Shown here: positions 1 through 11,486 of the stretch, piece after piece
Layout: every line of letters begins with the position of its first letter
Position numbering within the stretch: the first letter of the stretch is position 1
Assembly (NCBI GenBank): GCA_965240325.2
Contig: OZ251255.1
Location: 558,001 to 622,000 of the forward strand
Source of the DNA: Rebecca billardiae RCC1528
Taxonomy: Eukaryota > Protista > Haptophyta
Direction: 5' to 3'
Length of the DNA: 64,000 nucleotides
The notes under the pieces: generated by a model
Database searches by the model: none
Told to the model about the DNA's origin: nothing
What the model saw: the letters and a program-made list of their open reading frames with translations, nothing else
Program-made: the position numbers and the translations under genes

Positions 1-1377
1 CGGACCCTGCGCCCAGCGCACCTGCGGGCGAGGCCAGCACAAAGCGCGCGCGGGCGCGTGCGGCGCAGGGGGTAGGGGATAGGGGGTTAGGGTTGTTAGT
101 TTGGGGTTTAGGTGAGGGTTAGGGTAGCGCGCGCGGGCGCGTGCGGCGCGCGGGCGGGTTGCGGCGTGAGCCGCGGTGCGCACGGCGCCCCATCCGCGCA
201 CGCGCGCGCGCTGTGCTGCGCGCGCGCGTGCGCGCACGCACCGTCGCGCCGCCCCTCGCCTGCTGCTCCAGCTCGGCAGCCATGCTGTTTGAGCCCGAGC
301 CGCCGTCCTCCAGGTACAGCTTGGCGCGGACGGCCGCGCCGGGCGCGGACGGCGCCATGGCGGCCGCGGCGGCGTCGAGGGCGAAGGCGGTGCGCGCGCC
401 GTACAGCGGACCATACTCGCCGCCGTAACCGCCGCCGTAACCGCCACCCGTGTCGCCACCGCCCAAGTCAGCCGCGCGCCCGATGCGCACGCTGCGCGCG
501 CCACGCGCCGGCGGCGAGCCCCCGCGCGATGCACCGCCGCCGCCGTAACCGCCGCCGCCATAACCGCCGCCGCCGTAGCCGCCGTCGCTGGACCGACCGC
601 CGGTGCCGGTGCCGCCGCCGTAACCGCCGCCGCCGTAACCGCCGCCGCCGTAGCCGCCGCCGCCGTAGCCGCCGCCGCCGGACACGCGCCCCGCGCCGCG
701 CCGCGGCGGGCTGCCCCAGCCTCCTGCGCCGCCGCGCGTGCCACCGGTCTGGGGGCTCGCCCAGCCGGCGGCGGCAGCGCCGGCGGCGCCGCCGCGCCGC
801 ACGGGCGTCCACGCCCCCTCGTCCGCGCCACCGCCGTCGGCGCCCCGGCCTCCGCCGCCGCGCCCAGGCGTGTGCCCCCACGCGTCCGCGCCGCCGCCGC
901 CCCGGTGCGTGCCGCCGCCGCGCCATCCGTCGTCGTCGTCCGCGCGCGTGCGCGCCGTGCCGCCGAGCCCGGCGGCGGGGCTGCGCCACTCCGGCCGCCG
1001 GCCGCCGGCGCCGCCGAGCGCGCCGCCGGGCGACACCCAACCGCCCTGCACGCGCCCGCCGCCGCCACCGTACTGCCCTGCGTCGTAATCGCCGTCGGCG
1101 CCGCCGCCGCCGCCCCAATAACCGCCGCCGCCGCCGCCGCCGCCGCCGCTGCCGCCGCCACGCCTCGCGCCTCGGGCGGGAGTCACGCCCGACGCCGCGT
1201 CGTCGTCGCCGCCGCTGCCTGACAGCAGCTCGGCCGCGAGGTCGAGCCGGTCTGCGGCGCCGTGCGCGCGGCGCGCGCTCGAGTGCCCGCCGGGACGCGC
1301 GCCCGCGTCCGCACCGGCGCGGTACAAGCCCCCAGCGGTGCGCATGCGCGCGGCCGAGTCCGCAGCCGACTGCGCAT

Positions 1378-1422
<45 letters not shown>

Positions 1423-4004
1423 GGCGCGCTCCGCCGGGTGTGCCGCCGCCACCGCCGAAGCCGACCGCTGCGTCGCTGTCGTCGGCGTCGGCGTCGCTGC
1501 TGCCGCCGCCGCCGCCGCCGCCGAGCGCCCAGCGCCCGCCGCCGCCGCGCCGCGCCGAGCCACCGCGCGCGCCGCGGCCAAGCGGCGTGCCCGGCGCCGC
1601 AGAGCCCCGCGCGTCGCCGCCCCAGCCGCGCCCGTCGGCTGCGGAGCCGGCGCCGCCGCGGCCGTAGGGCGTGCCCGCGCCGCCGCGGCCCGGCCGGGCG
1701 TAGGCGGCGGTGCCGTCACCGTCGGCGTCGTAGCCGCTGCCGCCCTCGCCGTCGGCATACCCGCCGCCGCCGCCGCGGCCATAACCGCCGCCACTGCCAT
1801 AGCCACCACCGCCGCCGCCGTCGCCGCCGCCGCCGCCGTAGCCGTAGCCGCCGCCGCCGTAGCCACCGGCCGCGCGCCGGCCCGCGCCGCCGCCGTCGTA
1901 GCCGCCGCCGCCGTACCCGCGGTCACCACCGCCGCCATACCACCGACCGCCGTCGGCGGCGCCGTACCGGCCACCGCCGCCGCCGCCGTCGAACTCATCG
2001 TCGCCCGCGTACTCCGAATACCCGTCGTACCCGCTTTCGGAGTAATCGGAGTAGCCGTCCGCGCCCAGGGGCCGGCCGGCGGCGTCGCCGGCGTGGGCGC
2101 CGCGGCCGGCGGCGTCGGCGCGCGCGCTGCCGCGCGCCGCGCGCCACGTCGCCCCGTCCCACAGCGCGCTCACGTCGTCCTCCGCCTCCGGGTGCAGCAG
2201 CAGTCGGCGGCGCGCGCGCTCGGCCTCGGCCGCGGCGGCGTGCGCCGGCCCCTGCGGCGGCCGCGCGGGCCCCGGCCGTGCCGACTGCGCGGCAGCGGCG
2301 CGGACCGCCAGGCCCGCGCCGCCGTCAAAGTAGGAAGGCCCGGCCGTGGCCGAGCGCAGCGCGGGGGAGCGCACGCGCTGCGGCTGCCGCTGCGCGGGCG
2401 ACGTGCCCGGGGTGCGATGGCCGTCGCGCGCGCGCGCGCTCGCGCCCGAGCCCCCGCGCGCGGACGCGCCGTCGGCGGCGGTATGGTTGCGGCCGGCGCT
2501 CGCGGACGCGGCGGCCATCGCCGCCTCGAGCTGCGCGATGCCGACGGCGCGGCGGCTGCCCGGCTCGCGGCCGTCGGAGATTGCAATCTCGCCGCCGCGG
2601 CCGCCGGAGATTGCAATCTCGGCGCCGGAGAAGGGCGAGCCGCGCCGCCGCGCCGCGGCCGCCGCGCTCGCCGAGCGCGCGGCGGAGCCGCGCGCGCCGC
2701 CGCCGCCGCCGTGGTGGTGCGGCGGCGGCGTGGCGAGGCGGCGCGCGGCGCGGTCGCGCGGCGTGCGCGGCAGCCCGGCGAACAGCGCGGCGGCGCTCGC
2801 CGAGGCGCGCGCGGCGGCGCCGTCGGCGGCGGCGCGCCCATCCGAGATTGCAATCTCGCTACGCTCGGCCGCAGGGAACGCGCCGCGCCAGCCCGGGGCT
2901 GCGCCCGCGCCGCGCGCCGGCGGCGTGCCCGTGGCAGCCGCGCCCCACTGCCACGCGCGCGGCGGCGCGCTGCGCGAGCGCCGCCGCGCGCCGGAGCCGG
3001 ACCCTGCGGTGTGCTGCTGCCAGGCGGCGGCGCGGTGGCGGCGGTGCGCGGCGGTCGAGCTACCGGCTGGCGGCGGCCGCTCCGGCCCGACGAAGCTCGT
3101 GGTCGAGCGCCACGCCGGACGGCGCTGCCGCGCGGCTGCGGGCGCACGCGCGCACCCGCAGACACGGCGCACACGCACGCGCGCGCACGCGCGCGGGGGC
3201 AACAAGCCGGGGCGACACGCGCGGCCGGCCGCAATGGCGCATGGGGGCGTGCGCGGCGCGTGAGGCGTGAGGCTAGGGTTAGGGTCAGGGTTAGGGTTAG
3301 AGGCGCGGACCGGAAGGGGCAGGGCGTCGGCGCGTGCGGCGCGCACGTGCCGAGGCGCGCGCGCGCGTGCTGCGCGCACGTGGCGCGCTGCTCGGCCGGC
3401 GTGCCGGTCCGGTGAGTCCGGCGAGTCCGGTGAGTCCGGTGCTGTACCGCTCCTCGCGCGCGCGCCGGCTGTGCAGCAGCGCCGCGCGCGATTCGGCGAG
3501 CAGCCGCGCCTTGAGCGCCGGGCTGGAGCGCGAGGGGCTGCGCGCGGGGCTGCCGGCGGCGCTGCCGCCGTACCCGCTCCCGCCGCCGTCGCTCCCGCCG
3601 GCGCTGCCCCACGCCGCGCCGCCGAACGGCATGCGGCCGCGCGCGGGCGAGTGCGCGTGCCGCACGCCGTCGGGGAGCGCCGCGCCAAAGGAGCCGCCGC
3701 GCCCCTTGAGCGCGGAGGCGATGGTCGGGCGGTTGAGCCGGCGGGCGACGCGGTCGTTCACGTGCCAGTGCTGCGGCGCGCGGCAGCGGCGGCGCGGCGG
3801 CGTGGCGCGCGCGCGCGCGCGCGGCGCGACGTGGGCGGCGGCGCGGCGCGGCGCGCGCCGCGCGGCCGCGCGCGCGCGGTCGGCACGGGCGGGCCTGCGC
3901 GCGGGGGGCCGGGCGCGGAGGCGCACCTCGCGCGCGAGGAGCTGCCACGTCGAGCGCTCCTCGTCGCTCCCGAGCTCGTGCACGCCGCGCGGCTCGAACC
4001 ACAT
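1..4004 (-). CDS. Multi-exon Gly/Tyr-rich low-complexity protein of unknown function; 3' end runs off the window
   Basis: ATG at 4004 (MWFEPRGVHELGSDEERSTWQLLARE), GT-AG introns made of GC repeats, long exon within ORF 119..3688 with GGYGGGG repeats and acidic patches. Probable intron 241-22 splices ...EQQARGGAT to VRWAQGP. Exon boundaries are partly uncertain. Confidence 0.6.
67..127 (+). repeat. Degenerate TTAGGG-like tract in an intron
   Basis: ggggtagggg..gggttagggttgttagtttggggtttaggtgagggttagggtag. Confidence 0.65.
3272..3301 (+). repeat. TTAGGG-like tract in an intron
   Basis: ctagggttagggtcagggttagggttag. Confidence 0.75.
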
Positions 4005-4147
4005 GCTCGGCGATGCGCCGCAAGCACGCGCGCACTGTTCAAGCTGCGGCCATTTAAGTTGCTGTCGGGTCGTCGGCCTTGCCCGGACTGATGACTTGAC
4101 GGGCGTCGGGCGGAGTCCGGGGCGCGCGAGGGCTTCCGAGTTCCAAC

Positions 4148-7100
4148 ATGGCGGGCGGCCTCGCCTCGTCGCGGGCATGGGCGCTGCTCGCGATGGTGCC
4201 GAGCGCCTCGTCGATGATCTCGCGTGCGCGCGCGCGCGCCGTGCGCTTGGACGCCCCGCCGACCCCACGCCGCGCGCGCGCGCCCACGCGAGCGCCCTCG
4301 GCGCCGGAGCTGAGCACGCGCCCCGCGCCGCGGCGACGCGTCCGCGCCGACTCTCGATCGCGCGCTCCGCCGCGGCGCGCAGTCGCGCCGGACTCCTTCG
4401 CGTCGGGCGTGGTGCGCGAGGACGAGTTCCAGTACTACAAGTTCCGCGTGATGCCCTCGGTCCCGGCCGTCAAGGTCATGCTCATCCCCATCTACGGCGA
4501 CGCAGACCTGCTGCTCACGTTCCAGGCAAGCGCCGCGCCGCGCCGCGCCGCGCCGCGCCGGCCCGCGCCGCGCCGCGCCGCACGCCGCGCCGGCCCGCGC
4601 CGCGCCGCGCCGCACGCCGCGCACGCGCCGCACGCCGCGCACGCGCGCGCGGCGCACGGCGCGGTCGGCGTGCAGCCGCCACGTCCCTCACCCTCGACTC
4701 TCCCGCCCTCCCGCCCTCGCCCCGCGTGCCTCACCCTCGACTCTCCCGCCCTCCCGCCCTCGCCCCGCGCGCAGGGTCCGTACCCGTCGATGTCGAACGC
4801 GACGTGGGTGATGGACGAGGTGGGCGTGGAGGAGCTGCTGATCCGCCGCTCCTCCGACGACTTCTGCCAGGTGCGGGGCGTGCGGTGGGGCTGTGTGCAC
4901 GCGGCAGCACGCTGCACGGCGCAAGCACAGAGCAGCACGGCATGCACAGCACAGCAGCACACCGCAGCACAGTGGGGCAGGCGCGGCAGGGCAGCGGGCA
5001 GAGGCGCGGCTGCCCGGCGGCCCGGCAGTGGGCGGTGGGCTGTGGGCGGTGGCTGCTCACGCCCGCGTGCGCGCGGCCAGGGCGCTGGGCGGCACGGGCG
5101 GTGGTGCGCTGGGCGGACGGAGCCAGCGGAGGCGTCGGATTGAGAGGGCCTGGTCCTCTGCCGGGGGGGGGCTCTGCCGGGGCGGTTGGCCGTGGCTGTG
5201 GCCGTCGCCGTGCGTGCGCGCGCGCCAGCATGGCCGCTGCGTGTGCGCGGGTGGCCCTCCCGAGCCGCCTCTGCACCGCGCCGCGCTGCCCACCCTCGCA
5301 CTCGCCCACACACCCGCCGCGCCCGCGCACCGCTGACCCCTGACCCCGCCCTTCCGCGGCGCCCGTGGCCCGCGCGCGCGCGCGCGTGCGCGTGTGCCCT
5401 TTTCTGATGCTGTTTCAACCTTCCTTCACAATCATTGTGTTTGTTGGTGTGGGCCGCGCGGCATGCAGTTTGAGCCGTGCCACCTGTACATGACCGTCTC
5501 CGGGTACGAGACGACGGAGTACAAGCTGATCGTGTACAACATCGCGTCGCCCGAGACGATCGCGCAGGAGCACTGCGCGCCCGGCTGCGCGGCGTTCGAT
5601 CTGTCGGACGGCGTCTGCGATGCCAACTGCAACACAACCGCCTGCACCTACGACGGCGGCGACTGCCTGATCTCGCCCTCGGCCGCGCTGTGTGCGCCCG
5701 GCTGCCCGAGCGCGTGGATCAACGACAAGTCGTGCGACGAGGCGTGCTACAACGCGGTGCGCGCGCGCGCGCGCGCGGCGCGGACCGAGCGCGCCGCTGC
5801 GTCAGCCGGCGCGTGGCGCGCGGCGTGCCTGCGCCGGCGGCGCGAGCGCGCGGGCGGGGCGGGCCGCGCGGGCCCCACCGGGGCAGCGGCGCCGCGCCGC
5901 CGCGGAGGACGCGGCTGGCGCGCCGCCCGCCGCCTCGCCGCCTCGCCCCATTCACCGCCGCGCCGCGCCGCGCCGCGCCGCCACGCGCCGCGCCGCCGCG
6001 CCGCCGCGCCGCCGCGCCGCCGCGCCGCGCCGCGCCGCGCAGGAGTGCAAGTGGGATGGCAACGACTGCGGGGTGCCACAGGCGGCGGCAAAGGGCGGCG
6101 GCGGCGGCGGCGGCGGCGGCGGTAGTGGCGGCAAGGGCGGCTCGAGCGCGCAGGCCACGTTCGCGTGCGCCGACGGCTGCCTCCCCGAGTGGATCGGTGC
6201 GCGCAGCAGCGCGCGCGGGGAGCACGCCGCAGCCTCATGCGCCGGGCGCGCGCCGGGTGCGACCAATCATCACGCCGGGCGCGCGCCGGGCGCGCGTGGT
6301 GGGGTGGCCGCGGCGTCCGCCTTTGGCGCCCGCGGGGCGCGGCGCGCTCTCTGCGCGCGCTGAGCCGGCGCGTGGCCCACCCGACCCCCGGCGCGCGCGC
6401 GGCTCGCCCGCCGCCCGCGCGCCCGCCGCCCGCGCGCCCGCCGCCCGCGCGCCCGCCAGGCGACGGCGAGTGTGACGAATCGTGCAACGTCCAAAAGTGC
6501 ATGTACGACGGCGACGACTGCCACCACGGGCACCACGAGTGCTTCACCGACCCGCGCGGCGCGGACTACCGCGGCACCGTCTCGCGCACCGAGAAGGGCT
6601 TCGTCTGCCAGGCGTGGTCCGAGCAGTTCCCCCACCAGCACGGCCGCACGCATCAAAACTTTCCGAGCGCGGGTGCGCGCGCGCGCGGCGGCGCACCCGC
6701 GGCGCAACGGGCGGCGCGCACGCCTGCCGCGCGCCCACGCGCGCGCGCAGAGGCGGGCGGTGAGGCCGCGCGAGCGCGCGCCGACGGCTCACGAGCTCCG
6801 CGGCGGCTGGGCGCGCGCGTGGCGCAGGGCTGGGCGGGCACAACCACTGCCGCAACCCGGACGGCGAGGCGTCGCCATACTGCTTCACAACCGACCCGGT
6901 GTGTGCGTGTTGTGCGTGTGCGTGTGTATGCGTGCGCGCGTGCTCGTGAGCGCGCGCGCGGGTTGGGGCGCGCCACGCACACGCCGCCGGCACGCATGCG
7001 CGCGGCCCGCCCGCCCGCCGCCCCTGCCACCGCTCGCGCCGCCGCGCGCCGCCACCGCGCGCGGCCCTGCCGCTCGACTCGGCGCGCGCCTGCCGGGCGG

Positions 7101-8008
7101 TGCGTGCGCGTGTGCGCGCGCGTGTGCTCACGTGTGCGCGCGCGTGTGTGCGCGTGTGTGCGCGTGTGCGCGCAGGTGATGCGATGGGACTACTGCGACG
7201 TCGGCTCGCCCACGCTCTCGGGCTGCGACGAGGAGGAGGAGGAGGACGCCGACGAGGACGCCGACGCCGACGACGCCGACGACGAGGACGACGAGGACGA
7301 CGAGGACGACGGCCCGATGGCGCCGCGCCCCGCCGATCTCGCGTACGTGCCCGGCGCGGGCGCGCTCGACGCCGGCAGCGCGGACCGACCGGCGGCGAGC
7401 GCGGCCGAGGTGCTGCAGGGCGCGGGCGGCGCCAAGGGCCTGACGGGGCCGGCGGCTGTTGTGTTCCTCGTCCTGCGTGCGCGCTCGGCGCGCGCCGCGC
7501 GCCGCGCGCCGCGCCCGCACGCGCGCGCGCGCGCACAAGCCCACACGCGCCTCGCGCCGCGCCGCGCCGCGCGCGCCGCGCCGCGTCGGCGGCAGTTGCG
7601 CTGGTGATCGTCGTGGCCGTGCTGCAGCGGCGGGAGCGCAAGGACAGGGGCTACGTGGTGACGTCGGCGGTGGACGACGACGACGACGACTACGACGACG
7701 GCGAGGGCGAGGAGGGTGCGCGCGGCGCGCGCGGCGCCGTGCGCGGCCGCGCGGTGCACACACAGACGGCTGCGCCCACGCCAGCCAGAGGGGGCGGGCC
7801 TGCCTGGCCTGCCACCGGCAGCAGCGCCGGCGTGTGCCGACGAACTAACGGATGCGTGTGTGCGCGCGGCTGCCTCGCGCGCACGGCGCCGGGGTGGCCT
7901 CGGCCTGACGCGCGCCGCGCCGCGCGCGCAGAGTTTGAGTACAGCGACGACGAGGTCGACGAGGAGGACGCATCCGAGCGCAGACGCGGCGGCGGCGCGC
8001 GCTACTGA
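4148..8008 (+). CDS. Single-pass membrane protein: signal peptide, PPC-like beta domain, 3 LNR (Lin12/Notch) repeats, Kringle domain, acidic stalk, TM helix, acidic tail; 10 exons
   Basis: Exons 4148-4223, 4383-4525, 4775-4870, 5469-5756, 6043-6196, 6460-6672, 6828-6898, 7176-7476, 7596-7715, 7932-8008 join in frame. LNR motifs ([51 protein letters not shown]); Kringle ([31 protein letters not shown]). Intron 4526-4774 is GC-AG. Confidence 0.9.
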
Positions 8009-9550
8009 TGGGCCGGATTGACCACGAATCAGCTGCTAAGAACGCCTGTCCGCGGAGCTGTGCGCGGTCAACGGTGTTCCATGCCACCACTACGCGCCGC
8101 ACCGGTAGTTGACGAGCCCAGACAGAATCCACCCCCCCCCCCCCCATTGGCGATATTGACGCCCGCCAACTGTCACCGCGCCCATGAAGCCGTCGCCGAT
8201 GGTACGGCGCGCGCCATCGTGAATCATTTTTTTGAAAAAAAACGAGCATCGTCGTCATCGTCACCGGCTCACCGCCATCATACAGCAAGTATTCCTCGAC
8301 GAAAAACACATATACAGGGGGGGCCAGATGAAGTTTCCCACTTCGGAAGGGAAGCCATGGCGGGCGTGAATGCCCGTCCCAACGCGATCTAAGGCCCCAG
8401 CGCCACGGCCCGGTCACTGGGGCGTGGCGTAGGCAGGTCGGCGTCGCCGTACGAGCGCGTGTGCGTGAGTGACAGCTTCCCTTCCGACTTTTCGACCACT
8501 CTCACGTCCACGTCCACGACCCCGTACGACCGGCGCGCCGGTGAGGTTGCGCATGAGAAGGATGGGCAGGTAGCGGCCAGGATCACCGTTCTGACGGTCA
8601 TACTGCCCTCTGGAGCATGCATTGCGACGGTGCATGCCTGGCAATGGTCCATCTGACCCTACAAGCCGTGGATCGGACGAGCAAGGTTGGCTGCGCGGTA
8701 GTCGTGCGACCGCCGTCCGACACGGCTGCCGTGCGAATACGTTTCAGCGTGTGCGCGCCTGTCAACGGCAGGGTGATCAACGACCGGCATGGCTAGCAAG
8801 CTGATCAGGACTAGTAACAACCTTGTCTGGGACCACGCCACGCCATTTGGCGACCTCGCCACCGCTCAATGCCCGTCCAGAGGCACGGACGTGCCGCACT
8901 ACCTGGCCAGCCACCGCCAAAGTGGGGCCCACCATCTGGACCCCCCTGTAGGGGTATGTTGACGAAATACACAGGTAATGTGAACACATGTGAAATGACC
9001 GATGGACGAAAATTCCGCGAATATGATATGGGGCGGCAGGGCGGAGTACTGGTCATCATCATGAATTGAAGGAGAGTTCCGCGGGATGAATCACAAATTC
9101 AATTGAACATGGATATACAGTATGTGTATTATAAATATGCGATCGGCATTTTCGGCGATTAGCGTATAGTTGTGGATACCCAACCCCCCTTCCCAACATC
9201 ATGGAGACTCATACAGCCCACAGGTATCTTGGCTCATGGTTCAAAAGTCCGAATCGTGATCGGAAGTAATCAAGGGAGGGAGTAACACTGGTTTTCGTCA
9301 GTCTGAGTCCGATGGTATTGCACAATCAAGCTGACCCGCGTTCGAGGGATGATTATTGCGAAGGGAGTCACAAACGGTCATCTGTGTACCGCGATGTATA
9401 CTCATCCCTCATCGGAGTAGTCATCTCTGTACCCCGACGGCCGTGAACCGGCGTCAGAAACGCAGAACCGGGCTGGTCGAATGATCCACGACAACCACGA
9501 CGAAGACTCTCCGAGACCCGCACGGCTTTGCGACACGCAGTCTGCTACAA

Positions 9551-10828
9551 ATGCAGCCGACACAAACCACATCGGCAACACGCGCTCGTTGCGTCAGTGG
9601 CGGCAGCGGGCTGCCCGACGCCTACCTCGATTCGTTTCGCGACCCGCTCCTCTGCGAGATTGCGGCGGTCGCGCGCGCGCTCAGGGACGACCGGCTGCCC
9701 GGCGTGCGGCACGACCGGCGGCTGCTCGGGCACGTGCGCGCCTGGCTCAGGGGCAAGCCAGCGGCGTTTGCGCGGCACGGGCCGCGCACGGTGACGTACC
9801 TCCGCGCCAACGTCTACGCCGAGGCGTCGGAGCTCGCGTGGTGCGCCGAGACCGTCGAGAACGTGTGCATCAACCTGCACACCGACACGCTCGCCGACCG
9901 CCGCAACCTCACGTTCGAGGGCTCGCACCTGCGGCCGAACCGCATCAGCTACGTCACGGCCGTCGTCGAGCTCGACGACCGGACGAACGCGCTCACCGTC
10001 CGCGACGCTGGGCCGATGTACGCCGAGGACTCGCGCACGCGCCTCGACGCGCGCCTCGAGCAGCGCGCCGAGGTGCTCCTCGCGCACGCCAAGCTGTTCC
10101 GGCTGGCTCGGCGCGCGCCCGACGCCGAGCTGGCGGGCGCGAGGCGGGCGCTGTGGTGCGAGGTGCAGGAGCACCTGGCTGCGAGGCAGGTCGCCGAGGG
10201 CGAGCGCACGCTCAGCGCCGTGCACGTCGACACGGGCGTCGAGCGCGAGTACTTCCGCGGCTGGCCCGGCGCGCGCGAGTTTGACGATTCGGACCGGCTG
10301 CGCCGGACGGGGCTCGCGCGCGCGGACGTCGTGCGAGGCGTCGTGCAGCGCGCGTGGCTCGACCGCGAGCGCAACGACCCGCACCTGGTCACGCTGCTCA
10401 CCAAGAACGTGCTGACCGGCGTCTACGTCGGCGACGACTTTGACAGCCGCGCGCCCCGCGTGTGCGCGCGCGGCTCGGCCATGCACGTGGGCGGCGTGCC
10501 ACTCGAGGACGCAACCAACGCGCACGAGCAGAGCAACCACTGGCTCGCGGAGCGCCTCCCCGTGCTGGCGTACGTGCAGCCCGCGATCGCGCTTCCGCCC
10601 GTCGTGATCGAGCACACCCTCGCCGATGCACGCTTCTGCCCCGCGTGCGAGCAGCTCGGCGCCGAGCTGCGGCAGGGCAGCAGCGCATGCGCCGCCATGC
10701 GCGCGTACGAGCGCGGACACGGGCTGCCCGCCGGCCGGCTCTGCGCGCACGTGTCGTCCATCACCGTCAGCGCAAGTCCGCGCGGGGTGGTCATCATGGT
10801 TGTGTTTGGGATCGCCTTCTGCTGGTAA
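9551..10828 (+). CDS. Unrecognised intronless protein (~425 aa), copy 1
   Basis: Clean ORF with non-low-complexity sequence; near-identical to the inverted copy at 33621-34874 from about nt 9620 onward. Confidence 0.75.
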   Translation: MQPTQTTSATRARCVSGGSGLPDAYLDSFRDPLLCEIAAVARALRDDRLPGVRHDRRLLGHVRAWLRGKPAAFARHGPRTVTYLRANVYAEASELAWCAETVENVCINLHTDTLADRRNLTFEGSHLRPNRISYVTAVVELDDRTNALTVRDAGPMYAEDSRTRLDARLEQRAEVLLAHAKLFRLARRAPDAELAGARRALWCEVQEHLAARQVAEGERTLSAVHVDTGVEREYFRGWPGAREFDDSDRLRRTGLARADVVRGVVQRAWLDRERNDPHLVTLLTKNVLTGVYVGDDFDSRAPRVCARGSAMHVGGVPLEDATNAHEQSNHWLAERLPVLAYVQPAIALPPVVIEHTLADARFCPACEQLGAELRQGSSACAAMRAYERGHGLPAGRLCAHVSSITVSASPRGVVIMVVFGIAFCW

Positions 10829-11486
10829 GAACGCGCAGTTAGAGTCGCGGGCGCGCGAGTGGGCACCGCGGGCACGGCGCATCACCTCTGCCTTACTGTA
10901 ACTGGGCCTCAGCCCGGCCCTCAGCAAAGTCAAACTAGTATCAAAGAGTTAAGAGGCGTACTTGAAGACGAGCATATATATATATCATATATATCTGAGC
11001 AGCGCAGATGATCGAGTCGTGACGATCGACGTACGTCATATATATATATATATATATATCGCGTATAGTCGTCGTCAGAGCTAGGCGGCTCAGGCGGTCA
11101 GCAGTCCGTCGCGAGCAGAGGCGACTACGACGACGACGCGATCGGACGACGACACTACTAAGTAGACTACTACTAGCTACAATCGTCAGAGTCGTCAGCA
11201 CGCATCAGACGGCGCGCACCGTCACAGCGTGCTGCATGCCGTGCGGGCGTGCGTGCGGCTGCTCAGCGGATCGCGATCGTCCGGCGCGCCTCACGGCGCG
11301 CTCGAGCTATTCAACCGCATCCGCCCAGCGGCCGGGCTGGTGCGAAGGCGCCGAGCGCACGACGCGACTGGCCTCGGCGGCAGCGCCCGCGGGCGGTGGT
11401 GGCTGCGTGGCAGGCCCCATCGCGCGCGCGCCCCCGTCCAGGCCGGGCGGTGGGCCGTGCGCGGGGCTGGCTCGGAGGGCCGCCTG

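Noticed and set aside
112-3415. Long Arg/Ala/Pro-rich ORFs here and across the window (e.g. 11229..14729+, 16116..19418-, 50535..55394-)
   Set aside because: Antisense or off-frame shadows of real genes; stop codons are rare at this GC content.
8018-9480. Possible copia-like reverse-transcriptase relic on the minus strand
   Set aside because: Only vague resemblance; no YVDD motif, LTRs or PBS could be identified.
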